A DNA stretch of 54,525 nucleotides, taken from the IMG/VR virus record IMGVR_UViG_3300045988_098849; one strand, 5' to 3'. The DNA is from a virus. A program made the position numbers and the translations under genes. The notes beneath the pieces were generated by a model. It saw only the letters and a program-made list of their open reading frames with translations. It did no database searches and was not told where the DNA came from. Below are positions 6,883 to 15,962 of the stretch, one piece after another. Positions within the stretch are counted from its first letter, which is position 1, and every line of letters starts with the position of its first letter.

Positions 6883-6989
6883 TACCGAAAGATTAAAGAA
6901 ATTGTAGGTTCGATTCCTACTGACTGCGTTTAAAAAACAATTACCGACTAACAAATTGGAAGTTAGCCGCTAACCCTAAACATCTGAGG

Positions 6990-7018
6990 GCAAAGGATTT
7001 TTGCACCTTTGCTTATTT
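6990..7018 (+). terminator. Possible weak terminator
   Basis: Stem GCAAAGG/CCTTTGC (6990-6996 with 7006-7012), followed by TTATTT. Confidence 0.35.
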
Positions 7019-7038
7019 GAGCGGAGGTGCTTTTTTTA

Positions 7039-8781
7039 ATGGCAAGTTTTGAGTTGATAAGTGCCGTACAGGACTACGAGAAATACATAGAAACAAATGG
7101 AATCAATGAGCAGGTTATTGATGCGTATTGCGAAGCTGCCAAAACCGCTGCTACGAATGAAAAGGATATTGAGTACGGTCTTAAAATATCAAAAAGGTGT
7201 AAGGAAATCATTGAAACCTTTTGCGTTGATACTTCTGGAGGCACAATTTGGGATTTAGAAAAATACGCTTTCAAAGAAAAAGTAAGCTATGAAATTATAG
7301 AAAAATTTTATTCCGTCTTACTGATAGAAGCGCAGAATAAGGTTGTCGATAGTTTCTTTCGTTATATCGAACACAAAAGAGAACCGAAGGAGCGGTTTTA
7401 TATGCCGAGAAGAAAACAGTTCTTAAAAATTGGTCTGGTAGATGCACTGCAAGGGATGATTGATGATAAGTACGATATTCTGTGTATCAGCCTAATTCCT
7501 GGGGCCGGGAAAACGACAATCGAGAAATTCTTCAATGCCGCGATTATCGGTTGGTATCCGAAGGACTTCAATCTGTTTTATTCTCATAGCGGTGATATTA
7601 CCAGAATGTATTACGATGGCATGTACGATATTGTCACCAACGCGGATGAATACGCATGGAACGAAATATTCCCTAACCTTAGCGTGACGAACACGAACGC
7701 CAAGATGGAGCAGTTTAATGTCGGGAAATATAAGCCGTTCCCCTCTGTTCAGTGTACATCCGTAGGTAGTAAGAACGCCGGTAAGGTTCGTGCATCGAAA
7801 TTTCTGCTTGTTGACGATATGATAGGCGGTATCGAAGAAGCAATGAACCCTATGATACTTGATAAGCTGTGGAACAAATACGCTGTTGACGCAAGACAGA
7901 GAAAAATACAGGACACTACGGGGCATAACTGCAAGGAGATACATATTGCTACCAGATGGAGTGTTCATGACGTTATCGGGCGCATACAGAATATGTATGA
8001 GGGCAACTCAAGGGTAAAGGTAATTTCGGTTCCTGACATCGACCCTGTAACAGGAGAAAGCAATTTTGATTATGAGTTTTCCGGGTTCGATGTCGCGTTT
8101 TTTGAAGACCAGCAACTATTGATGGACGATATTTCCTACAGGTGCCTATATAAACAGGAGCCCATTGAGCGAGAGGGTCTGGTATTCCCTGATGACAAGA
8201 TACGCCGATACCTCAATCTTCCACACGGAGAGCCGGATATTATCACTGCACAGTGCGACACGAAAGGAAAAGGAACGGACTATTTTGTCCTGCCAATCCT
8301 GCAAAAATACGGTGATGACTACTACTGCGTGGATTGCGTTTGCGATAATACCGCAGACTATGAAATGCAGTACGAAAACGCCGCAAATGCTATTGTTAAT
8401 AATGGAGTACAGGAGTGCGAATTTGAGCGAAACGCAGGCGGAGACAGGGTTGCTATGGAAGTGAATAAACGTGTAGAGGCTAAGGGTTGGATTTGCAATA
8501 TTACAGATACGCCGACAGAGACAAACAAAGAAGCAAGGATTTTTCAGTGCTCAAACTGGATCCTGCAACACATTGTCTTCAAGGATGAATCTCAGTATTC
8601 TCCGAAAGAGCCATACGGCGTGATGATGTCACTTTTGAAACGGTATTCTGTAAGTAGCAAGAAACAGCTTGATGACGTTCCAGACGTATTTTCTAACTTT
8701 GCGGTAAGAATCACAAAGGGAAATAGGATTGCGAAGGTAGAGGCAACCATAAATCCGTTTAGAGGGGGCGTATATTATTGA
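7039..8781 (+). CDS. terL: Terminase large subunit, 580 aa
   Basis: GGAGG lies 10 nt upstream of ATG 7039. Walker A-like LIPGAGKTT and Walker B-like LLVDDMIGG. Its size and its position upstream of the portal gene fit TerL. Confidence 0.85.
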   Translation: MASFELISAVQDYEKYIETNGINEQVIDAYCEAAKTAATNEKDIEYGLKISKRCKEIIETFCVDTSGGTIWDLEKYAFKEKVSYEIIEKFYSVLLIEAQNKVVDSFFRYIEHKREPKERFYMPRRKQFLKIGLVDALQGMIDDKYDILCISLIPGAGKTTIEKFFNAAIIGWYPKDFNLFYSHSGDITRMYYDGMYDIVTNADEYAWNEIFPNLSVTNTNAKMEQFNVGKYKPFPSVQCTSVGSKNAGKVRASKFLLVDDMIGGIEEAMNPMILDKLWNKYAVDARQRKIQDTTGHNCKEIHIATRWSVHDVIGRIQNMYEGNSRVKVISVPDIDPVTGESNFDYEFSGFDVAFFEDQQLLMDDISYRCLYKQEPIEREGLVFPDDKIRRYLNLPHGEPDIITAQCDTKGKGTDYFVLPILQKYGDDYYCVDCVCDNTADYEMQYENAANAIVNNGVQECEFERNAGGDRVAMEVNKRVEAKGWICNITDTPTETNKEARIFQCSNWILQHIVFKDESQYSPKEPYGVMMSLLKRYSVSSKKQLDDVPDVFSNFAVRITKGNRIAKVEATINPFRGGVYY

Positions 8782-9206
8782 CAAAGGAAATTCTAAAGCA
8801 ATACACAGACCTTCAACAAGAATGTGATGAGGTAAGAGAAAAGATATCAACTCTTGAACAGCAGATTATAAAAATAGAGCAGGAAGGAACGGTTCTTGAC
8901 AAAGTATCTGGCGGAGTTGGCGGATTGGAAACATTTGTCATTGAGGGCTTCCCCTATCCAGAATATAACAGAAAGAAAGCGTTGCTTTACTCAAGGAAAG
9001 CAACATTATGCGAACTTGAATTAGAGTTGTTGGAAACGATAAACAAAGTTGAAGCGTTTATAGCAGATATAAACGATAGCCACATGAGGCGAATTATCCG
9101 TCTTAGATTTATTGATGGTCTTTCTTGGGCTGATGTTGCAAGAAGGGTTGGAGGCAATACTGAGGATAGTGTAAAGAAAATGTTTTATCGTTTTCTCGAA
9201 AATTAG
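8778..9206 (+). CDS. Sigma-70 region-4-like transcriptional regulator, 142 aa
   Basis: TTG start overlaps the terL stop. The C-terminal RRIIRLRFIDGLSWADVARRVGGNTEDSVKKMFYRFL is sigma r4 / ArpU-like. The N-terminus is coiled coil. Confidence 0.55.
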   Translation: MTKEILKQYTDLQQECDEVREKISTLEQQIIKIEQEGTVLDKVSGGVGGLETFVIEGFPYPEYNRKKALLYSRKATLCELELELLETINKVEAFIADINDSHMRRIIRLRFIDGLSWADVARRVGGNTEDSVKKMFYRFLEN

Positions 9207-9272
9207 AAAGTTGTCCTAAATGTCCCGAAAAAGTGTGGTATATTTAGAATAAAGAAATATGCAAGCAGACGA

Positions 9273-9298
9273 ACACCGATTCTTGTCGGTGTTTTTTG
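9273..9298 (+). terminator. Intrinsic terminator
   Basis: Stem ACACCGA/TCGGTGT (9273-9279 with 9286-9292), followed by TTTTT. Confidence 0.65.
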
Positions 9299-9324
9299 TT
9301 TTGTTTTTTATCGGGAGGTGCCGC

Positions 9325-10752
9325 ATGAGTAATAGAATGACACTCCAAGAGATTGTTCGTGGGAATTACGGCAGAAAAATTGCATACACAAACGTGGAGA
9401 AAATAACGCCAGAAAATATCGTTTCTGTAATCGGAAAGTGTATCGGAGTTTTCAATTTCAATAAAACCGTTATCGAATACCTTTGGAATTACTACAAGGG
9501 AGACCAGTCGATACGTTATCGAAAAAAGGTTGTTAGAGACGATATCGTGAATAAGGTTGTTGAAAACCACGCATATGAAATCGTACAGTTCAAGGTCGGG
9601 CAAACATACGGTGAGCCTGTGCAATTTGTTAGCCGCAAGGATGATGAGCGGATAAACAAAGCTGTAGACATTCTGAATGATTACATGGTGGATGTTGATA
9701 AACAGTCAAAGGATATTAAGTCTGGAGAATGGCAGTCCGCAACAGGTACATCGTTTAAAGCGGTTCAATTTTCAGATGGCGATATTAAATTTCGTATTGT
9801 ATCCCCTACTCCGCTGAACACATTTGTGATTTATAACGCAAACACAGAAGAACCGATTTTGGCGGTGCAGGAATCGAAGGATAGGAACGGAAAACTGTAT
9901 AAGAGGTGCTTTACGGAGACACATTCCTGTGAAGTACATGATTCTTCCGTTACAGATTGGAGACTTCATGCTTTTGGCGGTATACCGATTGTGGAATACC
10001 CTAATAACCATGAGCGGTTATCTGATATTGAACTTGTCATTGACATTCTGGATTCCATTAACAATATGCAGTCAAACCGCATGGATTCCATTGAACAGTT
10101 TGTGCAATCGTGGATAAAATTTGTAAACTGCGATATCGATTCGGAAGAATTTGGGAAAATGAAAATGCAGGGTGCGTTGGTTGTTAAATCAAATAACGGC
10201 GAAAACAAAGCTGATGTCGATATCATGACACAGGAGTTGAACCAGACGGAATCACAGGTTGCAAAGGATGACCTATGGGACAATGCTCTTTCCATCCTTG
10301 CAATACCGAATAAAAACAACAACAACTCTGGTGGAGATACGCAAGGGGCGGTGCAACTTCGTAACGGTTGGGATTTCTCAAAGACGAGAGCAAAGCTGAA
10401 AGACCCCATTGTAAAAGCGGCGGAGAAACGCCTTGCAAAAATCGTGCTAAATATCATTCGTATTAAGCATGAGGATTTAGGCATTACTACAAGGGATTTT
10501 GATGTGCAGATAAATCATAGTCCGCAGGACAATATGTACACAAAATCGCAGACACTCTATCAGCTTTTGCAGGCAGGAATACACCCTCTTATCGCAGTTA
10601 AGACTGTTGGATTATGGGGAGATTCCGAAAAAACCTTCCTTCTTTCAAAGCCTTATATGGATGCTTTGTGGCAGACAGCGGAAGAAAAGGAAGAACAGGA
10701 ACGAAAGGCGGCGGAGATTGCAAAACAGTCTCAAACGGTTGCAGAAGAATAA
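9325..10752 (+). CDS. Portal protein (SPP1 gp6-like), 475 aa
   Basis: GGGAGG SD. Size and position fit a portal (between terL and the Mu-F-like gene). Typical acidic C-terminus. Confidence 0.8.
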   Translation: MSNRMTLQEIVRGNYGRKIAYTNVEKITPENIVSVIGKCIGVFNFNKTVIEYLWNYYKGDQSIRYRKKVVRDDIVNKVVENHAYEIVQFKVGQTYGEPVQFVSRKDDERINKAVDILNDYMVDVDKQSKDIKSGEWQSATGTSFKAVQFSDGDIKFRIVSPTPLNTFVIYNANTEEPILAVQESKDRNGKLYKRCFTETHSCEVHDSSVTDWRLHAFGGIPIVEYPNNHERLSDIELVIDILDSINNMQSNRMDSIEQFVQSWIKFVNCDIDSEEFGKMKMQGALVVKSNNGENKADVDIMTQELNQTESQVAKDDLWDNALSILAIPNKNNNNSGGDTQGAVQLRNGWDFSKTRAKLKDPIVKAAEKRLAKIVLNIIRIKHEDLGITTRDFDVQINHSPQDNMYTKSQTLYQLLQAGIHPLIAVKTVGLWGDSEKTFLLSKPYMDALWQTAEEKEEQERKAAEIAKQSQTVAEE

Positions 10753-10767
10753 AAAAGAGGTGGTTTC

Positions 10768-11388
10768 ATGTCAAGAGTCCCGAATGACGAATTTCATACA
10801 GAGAAAATTGTATATGAAACCTATTTCGGAGAAATGGAAATATCCGACGAAGAAAAGAAAGAACGGCTTGAGTTAGCGAAAGAACTTGAGCCGATTTTTA
10901 TTTCTTTTTTTTATGCTTTTTTGGAACAAGGAGAAAGCGAAGGAGATTTCATTCAAGGTATTTCGGCAGAATACGAAAAGGCGGCGTTGAAGTTTCTAAA
11001 GGTCAGAGAACCACCAGCATACATAAAAGAATACTCGGAGAAAATCACAGAAGATATTATCCGAACAACGATTGAAAATAAGGATACGCCCTACTTTACA
11101 TCTGTTGAGCGTGCCATGAATATTGCGGCAAATGAAGCGAATACCATTGGCAACTACCGAGAATACACCAGAATGGTTAAGCAAGGTTATAAATACAAAA
11201 CATGGATAACCATGAATGATGATAAGGTGCGGCATACGCACGCAGAAGCAAACGGATATAAAGTCGGGATATTCGATTCTTTTCAAATAGGTGCATCTGA
11301 AATGTCCTTCCCTCGTGACTACTCTTTAGGGGCCAGTGCGGAAGAAATTGTAAATTGCAGATGTAGTCTGAAATACACGAAAACTTAA
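10768..11388 (+). CDS. Head morphogenesis protein (Mu F / SPP1 gp7 family), 206 aa
   Basis: Motifs DDKVRHTHAEANG and VNCRCSL are typical of the Phage_Mu_F family. It lies directly after the portal gene. Confidence 0.75.
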   Translation: MSRVPNDEFHTEKIVYETYFGEMEISDEEKKERLELAKELEPIFISFFYAFLEQGESEGDFIQGISAEYEKAALKFLKVREPPAYIKEYSEKITEDIIRTTIENKDTPYFTSVERAMNIAANEANTIGNYREYTRMVKQGYKYKTWITMNDDKVRHTHAEANGYKVGIFDSFQIGASEMSFPRDYSLGASAEEIVNCRCSLKYTKT

Positions 11389-11412
11389 ACAGTCCTTAGG
11401 GGCTGTTTTTTG
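11388..11412 (+). terminator. Intrinsic terminator
   Basis: 8-bp stem (one G-U pair) at 11388-11395 with 11400-11407, followed by a T-run. Confidence 0.55.
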
Positions 11413-11508
11413 TTTATAAAAATTAAGCAGCTATGCGGTAAATAGCAAACTCAGCAGGTGCGACCTGCGGTAACAAAAGCGTGAGTAAAAGAACAGGAGG
11501 TAATAACC

Positions 11509-12066
11509 ATGAAACGAGAAGATGTGCTGAAACTTTTCCCAGAGGCAACTGATGAGCAGATTACCAATTTGCTGAATCAAAGTAACAAGGAAGTGTTGAA
11601 CGAAAAAAACAAAATCGCACAGTACAAAGAAAAAGCCGATAAGGCAGACGAATTACAGGCAAAGATTGACGAATTGGAATCAAACGGTTTGTCTGAAACT
11701 GAAAAAGCCAATAAAGCGTTGGAAACAGCAAATGCAAGAATCGCAGAACTTGAGAAGGCACAGACATTGGCTACGCAGAGAAGCACTGCGGCTGCGAAAT
11801 TCAAAGTAACTGCTGAACAGGCGGCGCAGATTGTAAAAGATGACGGCTCTTTCGATTATGACGTTCTCGGACAGATTATCTCTGATAAAGAAACGGCTGC
11901 TGCCAAAGCGAAAGAGAATGAGATTGCAAACAATTCCCCTAACCCTAACGGAAGTAATGGTGGCGGCGAAACGCAGACGGAGGCTGAAAAAATTGCAAAA
12001 GACATCGGCAGTAAATGGTCTGATGCAAATAAAACGGCAGAATCTGTTTTAAAAGACTATATGTAA
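11509..12066 (+). CDS. Scaffolding protein, 185 aa
   Basis: AGGAGG SD. Highly charged coiled-coil sequence located upstream of the decoration and capsid genes. Confidence 0.7.
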   Translation: MKREDVLKLFPEATDEQITNLLNQSNKEVLNEKNKIAQYKEKADKADELQAKIDELESNGLSETEKANKALETANARIAELEKAQTLATQRSTAAAKFKVTAEQAAQIVKDDGSFDYDVLGQIISDKETAAAKAKENEIANNSPNPNGSNGGGETQTEAEKIAKDIGSKWSDANKTAESVLKDYM

Positions 12067-12082
12067 GGAGGCTGAATAAACT

Positions 12083-12421
12083 ATGAAATTCAATAAAAAA
12101 AGCGTGGTTATGCAAAAGGAAATTCTGAAAAGAAGGCTTGGTGGAGAATTGTTCGTTCCTATAAAACTGGATGCATCGGCTTTTACAGAAGGCGTTTGTA
12201 AGGCTGGGAATCCTATTTCCGCAGAGGGGAAAAAGGTAAATGGTGGAAGCGATGATTCGGCGGCAGTCGGTATTCTGCTTTATGACGTGTATGATTCTAA
12301 CACTAACGGAACTATCATCAAGGCATTTGCTTGTGTAAACGAAGCAAATGCGAATGCGAACGCAGGAATTACGATTGCGGAGGCGGTAAAGACGGCACTG
12401 CCACTGATTGTATTTGAATAA
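12083..12421 (+). CDS. Head decoration protein (lambda gpD-like), 112 aa
   Basis: Sits between the scaffold and the gpE-type capsid gene, as in lambda. Shares the AAVGIL motif and the roughly 110-aa size of gpD. Confidence 0.55.
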   Translation: MKFNKKSVVMQKEILKRRLGGELFVPIKLDASAFTEGVCKAGNPISAEGKKVNGGSDDSAAVGILLYDVYDSNTNGTIIKAFACVNEANANANAGITIAEAVKTALPLIVFE

Positions 12422-12435
12422 GGAGGTGTAAAGTA

Positions 12436-13503
12436 ATGAACATTAGAGATGTATACAACGCAAAGGCGATTGCCCTTGTGCAGACAGAAGTAGCAAGCAA
12501 TAGAATCTCTTATCTGGGCGAAGGTTTGTTTCCTGCGAAAAAGAAAATGGGCCTTGACCTGAAATGGATTAAAACATCTAAAGGACTGCCTGTTTCCTTG
12601 GCTCCTTCCAATTTTGATGCAAACTCTACAATCAGAAGTAGAGAAGGCTTCATTGTTAAAGAAACTGAAATGCCGTTCTTCCGTGAATCTATGCTTATAA
12701 AGGAATCAGACGAGCAGGAAATCATGCGTGTGCAGGATTCTTCCGACCCTTACGCAGCGGATGTTTTGAGCAAAATCTTTGACGATGCAAACACTCTGAT
12801 TGAAGGTGCGAGGGTTGTGCCCGAGAGAATGATTATGCAGTTGCTCTCCCCTGCTGATGGGTCTCCTAAGATTTCTATTGAGGCAAACGGCGTTGCGCAT
12901 GCATTCAATTATGACACAGACGGAGAGTACAAGAAAACAAACTTTGCGGAGCTGACTGAAACAACTGACAAGTGGTCTGATACAGAAAACTCTGACCCCC
13001 TCGACGATGTTTCCGTGGGAATGGATTCTGTTGAAGCAAAAACAGGCGAAAGACCTTCTATCTTGATTGTTTCCAGAAAGACCATGGACTATCTGAAACA
13101 GAACAAGAAAATCAAATCCGCAATTTTGGCACAGAATGTAACGGCAAATATCTTTATGAACGATAACAGAGTGAAGGAAATTTTCTCTGCTGAACTGGGC
13201 GTAAATATTATCGTTTACTCCAAACAGTACAAAAACGAAGCCGGCACCGCTGCTAAATTCTATCCGGATGGTTTTGCAACATTGATTCCTAACGGCGCAC
13301 TGGGTAACACATGGTACGGAACAACACCGGAAGAACGTACACTGATGGGAAGTAAGGAAGCGGATGTATCCATTGTAAATACAGGCGTTGCGGTTTCTGT
13401 TATAGTGACAAGCGACCCTGTTCATACAAAGACAACTGCATCCGAAATTGTACTGCCCTCTTATGAGAGAATGGATAGCGTTTTCGTTATCAAGTGCTAT
13501 TGA
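12436..13503 (+). CDS. Major capsid protein (gpE family), 355 aa
   Basis: AGGAGG SD. Size, position and N-terminal pattern (...LFPAKKKMGLDLKWIK...) fit phage major capsid protein E. Confidence 0.8.
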   Translation: MNIRDVYNAKAIALVQTEVASNRISYLGEGLFPAKKKMGLDLKWIKTSKGLPVSLAPSNFDANSTIRSREGFIVKETEMPFFRESMLIKESDEQEIMRVQDSSDPYAADVLSKIFDDANTLIEGARVVPERMIMQLLSPADGSPKISIEANGVAHAFNYDTDGEYKKTNFAELTETTDKWSDTENSDPLDDVSVGMDSVEAKTGERPSILIVSRKTMDYLKQNKKIKSAILAQNVTANIFMNDNRVKEIFSAELGVNIIVYSKQYKNEAGTAAKFYPDGFATLIPNGALGNTWYGTTPEERTLMGSKEADVSIVNTGVAVSVIVTSDPVHTKTTASEIVLPSYERMDSVFVIKCY

Positions 13504-13519
13504 TAAGGAGGAGAACGCC

Positions 13520-13747
13520 ATGAAGTACGGACACATAGTAAAACACAAGGGTGTATGGTATGCCGCAGGAGAAGAAGTGCCTGATACTAACGAGAAAGCG
13601 GAAGGAAAGAAATATTCCAAAAGCGAAATCGCACGTATGCCCGTTGACGAACTGCGGCAGTTGGCGTTGAGCACAGGTGTTAATGGAGCAGAAGAAATGA
13701 ACGGCACAGAACTGAAACATTATCTCTTGTCCGTATTCGGACTGTAA
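13520..13747 (+). CDS. Small protein with a Rho-N/SAP-like helical motif, 75 aa
   Basis: AGGAGG SD. The C-terminal PVDELRQLALSTGVNGAEEMNGTELKHYL resembles the Rho N-terminal domain motif. Confidence 0.5.
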   Translation: MKYGHIVKHKGVWYAAGEEVPDTNEKAEGKKYSKSEIARMPVDELRQLALSTGVNGAEEMNGTELKHYLLSVFGL

Positions 13748-13761
13748 AGGAGTGATTACTT

Positions 13762-14118
13762 ATGGCTGATTACAGCATTTTAGAGCAAGTAAAAATCAGA
13801 CTGCGGCAGTTTCATGTTGACGAGGACGATACTGTGGTATTCGACCAAAAAGAAGAAAACCCACTCTTAAATCAGCTGATAGAGCAGGCGAAAAAAGAGA
13901 TTGCCATAAAGCGTATGTATCCAGATACATACACAGATGATGATATTGCGGAGGATTTGAAAAGGTTTGAGAACAATATCGTTGACTTGGCAGTCTATGA
14001 CCGCTCACAGGCAGGAGAAGCCTATATGGAAAGCTATTCTGAAAACGGAGTAAGTCGCACTTGGAAAAATAGAGAGGATTTGTTCTTTGGCGTATACCCG
14101 TTTGTAAAGGTTCTGTAA
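13762..14118 (+). CDS. Head-tail connector (gp6-like DNA-packaging) protein, 118 aa
   Basis: AAGGAG SD. Typical N-terminal ...LEQVKIRLR... pattern, located after the capsid gene. Confidence 0.6.
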   Translation: MADYSILEQVKIRLRQFHVDEDDTVVFDQKEENPLLNQLIEQAKKEIAIKRMYPDTYTDDDIAEDLKRFENNIVDLAVYDRSQAGEAYMESYSENGVSRTWKNREDLFFGVYPFVKVL

Positions 14119-14213
14119 AGTGGTTAAAGCAAACTGGCTTTAGTCGTTTTTAGTGCGTTGCCGTTGGTAGTTTCAATAAATTTATAGAATTTTTTGAAAT
14201 TTAATCGAAAACA

Positions 14214-14227
14214 AATGAAATTTCATT
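14214..14227. promoter_or_regulatory. Perfect 14-bp palindrome AATGAAATTTCATT
   Basis: Read directly from the sequence, in the 236-bp AT-rich gap before CDS 14355. It shares the AATGAAAT core with the repeats at 2565-2597. Confidence 0.4.
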
Positions 14228-14354
14228 AAAAATTCGCTTAATTTTTCTATTAAATTCGATAGATTTTATTTTTTAACGAAATGGCAGCAGGGGTGCATCT
14301 GATTATGTGGCGGTGGGCTGATGCACAATTATTAAGCAGAAAGGCGGTACAGAA

Positions 14355-14654
14355 ATGCAAGTCGAAATAGCGTATCTCATAAGCATAGTATCTTTGGCAT
14401 TTTCCGTCTTTTTCGGGTTGAAAAGTAGCAAGCATACAGACACAAAGGATATTGAGGAACGTGTGAAGGATAACACCAGAATCAATATGAAACTGGATGC
14501 TATCGCTGGCACAACGCAGGAAATAAAATCGGAAATATCCACAATGAGAGAAGAAATCAATAAGCACAATGACAAGATTATTAAGTTGGAGCAGAGCCTT
14601 AAATCTGCACATCATAGGCTTGATACTCTTGAGGAACGAATGAATCATGAGTAG
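14355..14654 (+). CDS. Membrane-anchored coiled-coil protein (XhlA-like?), 99 aa
   Basis: N-terminal transmembrane helix IAYLISIVSLAFSVFFGL followed by a heptad-rich coiled coil. Preceded by its own AT-rich intergenic region. Confidence 0.5.
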   Translation: MQVEIAYLISIVSLAFSVFFGLKSSKHTDTKDIEERVKDNTRINMKLDAIAGTTQEIKSEISTMREEINKHNDKIIKLEQSLKSAHHRLDTLEERMNHE

Positions 14655-14665
14655 GTGGTTTTCAA

Positions 14666-15088
14666 ATGCTCGATATTAACAGACAAAAGATGTTCTATTC
14701 AAAACAAATCGGTCAAGTCCCTGTCTATGATACGGACGAGGATGGGAATTTGAAATACATCACCGTGGACGGAAACGAAGTGCCGATAGAGACAGGAGAA
14801 TACACAATGGGATACGATGTTCCAGTCCCATTCTATTCTTCAATCAGCAACAAATTGAGCGAATCTCTTATTAAAGAGTTTGGCGTTGATAATTCAACAA
14901 ATTTCGTTCAGATTGTCGATGACAAGGGAAAACTTCCTTTGTCTGTCGGGGATTTGGTGTGGAAGAAATCTGCGGTTCAGTATAAGGCGGCAATGGTCGA
15001 TAAGACAAGCTGTGATTACATCGTCAAAGGCGTTGCGGATGAAGGGCTGACGGTTGATTTGTTTCTGCTACAAAAGAATGTAAAGTAG
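14666..15088 (+). CDS. Hypothetical head-tail joining module protein, 140 aa
   Basis: GGTGG SD. Tightly packed with neighbouring structural genes. Confidence 0.55.
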   Translation: MLDINRQKMFYSKQIGQVPVYDTDEDGNLKYITVDGNEVPIETGEYTMGYDVPVPFYSSISNKLSESLIKEFGVDNSTNFVQIVDDKGKLPLSVGDLVWKKSAVQYKAAMVDKTSCDYIVKGVADEGLTVDLFLLQKNVK

Positions 15089-15096
15089 GTGGAAGC

Positions 15097-15453
15097 ATGG
15101 AGAATAAAACTGTAAATATTCTTGGAGAGAAATACTCAATTATGTTTGTGGATGAATATCCAGAACGATTTTCTGATTTTGAGGAATCAACGGACGCTCT
15201 GTGCAATTTCTATGACAAAGTGATTTATGTATTAAATCCAAAAGAAAAAGACCTAACGGAAGATGGGAAAATCAACTTAAACAAAAGGAAACTTAGGCAT
15301 GAGATAGTCCATGCCTTTCTTTTTGAAAGTGGTTTATCTTCCAATACACATGGAATTTATGGTGCATGGGCTGAAAACGAGGAAATGGTTGACTGGATTG
15401 CAATACAGTCTCCGAAAATATTTAAAGTGTTCCAAGAACTTGAAATTTTGTAG
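15097..15453 (+). CDS. HExxH metallopeptidase-like protein, 118 aa
   Basis: HEIVH motif inside KLRHEIVHAFLFESG. GGTGG SD. Paralogous architecture to 27727..28047. Confidence 0.55.
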   Translation: MENKTVNILGEKYSIMFVDEYPERFSDFEESTDALCNFYDKVIYVLNPKEKDLTEDGKINLNKRKLRHEIVHAFLFESGLSSNTHGIYGAWAENEEMVDWIAIQSPKIFKVFQELEIL

Positions 15454-15461
15454 GTGGTTCT

Positions 15462-15962
15462 ATGTCGAAGAAAATATCAATCAATATCATGTCCAATAAG
15501 TCCATACAGAACGCCGTAAGAGAGGTTGAGAGCTACGCTTACGAATTGACCGATAAATGTAACGAACTGGCGAAAAAACTCGCTCAAATCGGCGTACAGA
15601 CCGCCAAAATGAAGGTTGCTCAATACGATGCTGTTTATACAGGAGAACTTCTTAGCAGTATCAATTATGAGCAAGGGGCGGTCATTAAAAAAGGTGCAAC
15701 GTGGATTGTGTACACTGGCTGTCCTTGGGCCAAATTTGTTGAGTTTGGTACAGGTATTGTCGGAAAGATGAAGCCACACAAAAATAAAGGTATTGTCGGT
15801 TGGGAATATGATGTGAACGAACATGGAGAATCTGGATGGTGGTATTACAGGGACGGAAAACGACACTGGACAAAAGGTATGCCCTCTCGCCCATTCATGT
15901 ATGAAACGTCCATAGAATTAGCAGAAAAGATTGCGGAGGTTGCAAAGGAGGTGTTTGGTTGA
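15462..15962 (+). CDS. HK97 gp10-family tail-completion protein, 166 aa
   Basis: Contains ...YTGELLSSINYE...WAKFVEFGTG..., typical of the HK97 gp10 family. Confidence 0.65.
   Translation: MSKKISINIMSNKSIQNAVREVESYAYELTDKCNELAKKLAQIGVQTAKMKVAQYDAVYTGELLSSINYEQGAVIKKGATWIVYTGCPWAKFVEFGTGIVGKMKPHKNKGIVGWEYDVNEHGESGWWYYRDGKRHWTKGMPSRPFMYETSIELAEKIAEVAKEVFG

Noticed and set aside
6904-6920. T-arm-like hairpin GTAGG-TTCGATT-CCTAC just after CDS 6508-6882, a possible tRNA.
   Set aside because: No complementary acceptor 5' strand, D arm or anticodon arm lies upstream, where the sequence is the end of a CDS. At most it is a tRNA remnant.
8165-8464. 99-aa alternative-frame ORF inside terL. Likewise 24926-25270 inside the Gly-rich fibre gene and 17159-17362 inside the chaperone gene.
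   Set aside because: These are overlapping out-of-frame ORFs without SDs inside strongly supported genes. The 17159 ORF is in the +1 frame, not the frameshift-relevant -1 frame.
12706-13707. 333-aa ORF on the minus strand, opposite the major capsid gene. Similar long antisense ORFs occur at 19391-20074, 9966-10484, 22428-23033, 26779-27654, 1511-2074 and 20234-20704.
   Set aside because: These are shadow ORFs inside well-supported plus-strand genes. They have no SDs and Cys/Arg/Ser-rich unnatural composition, and they break the operon logic.
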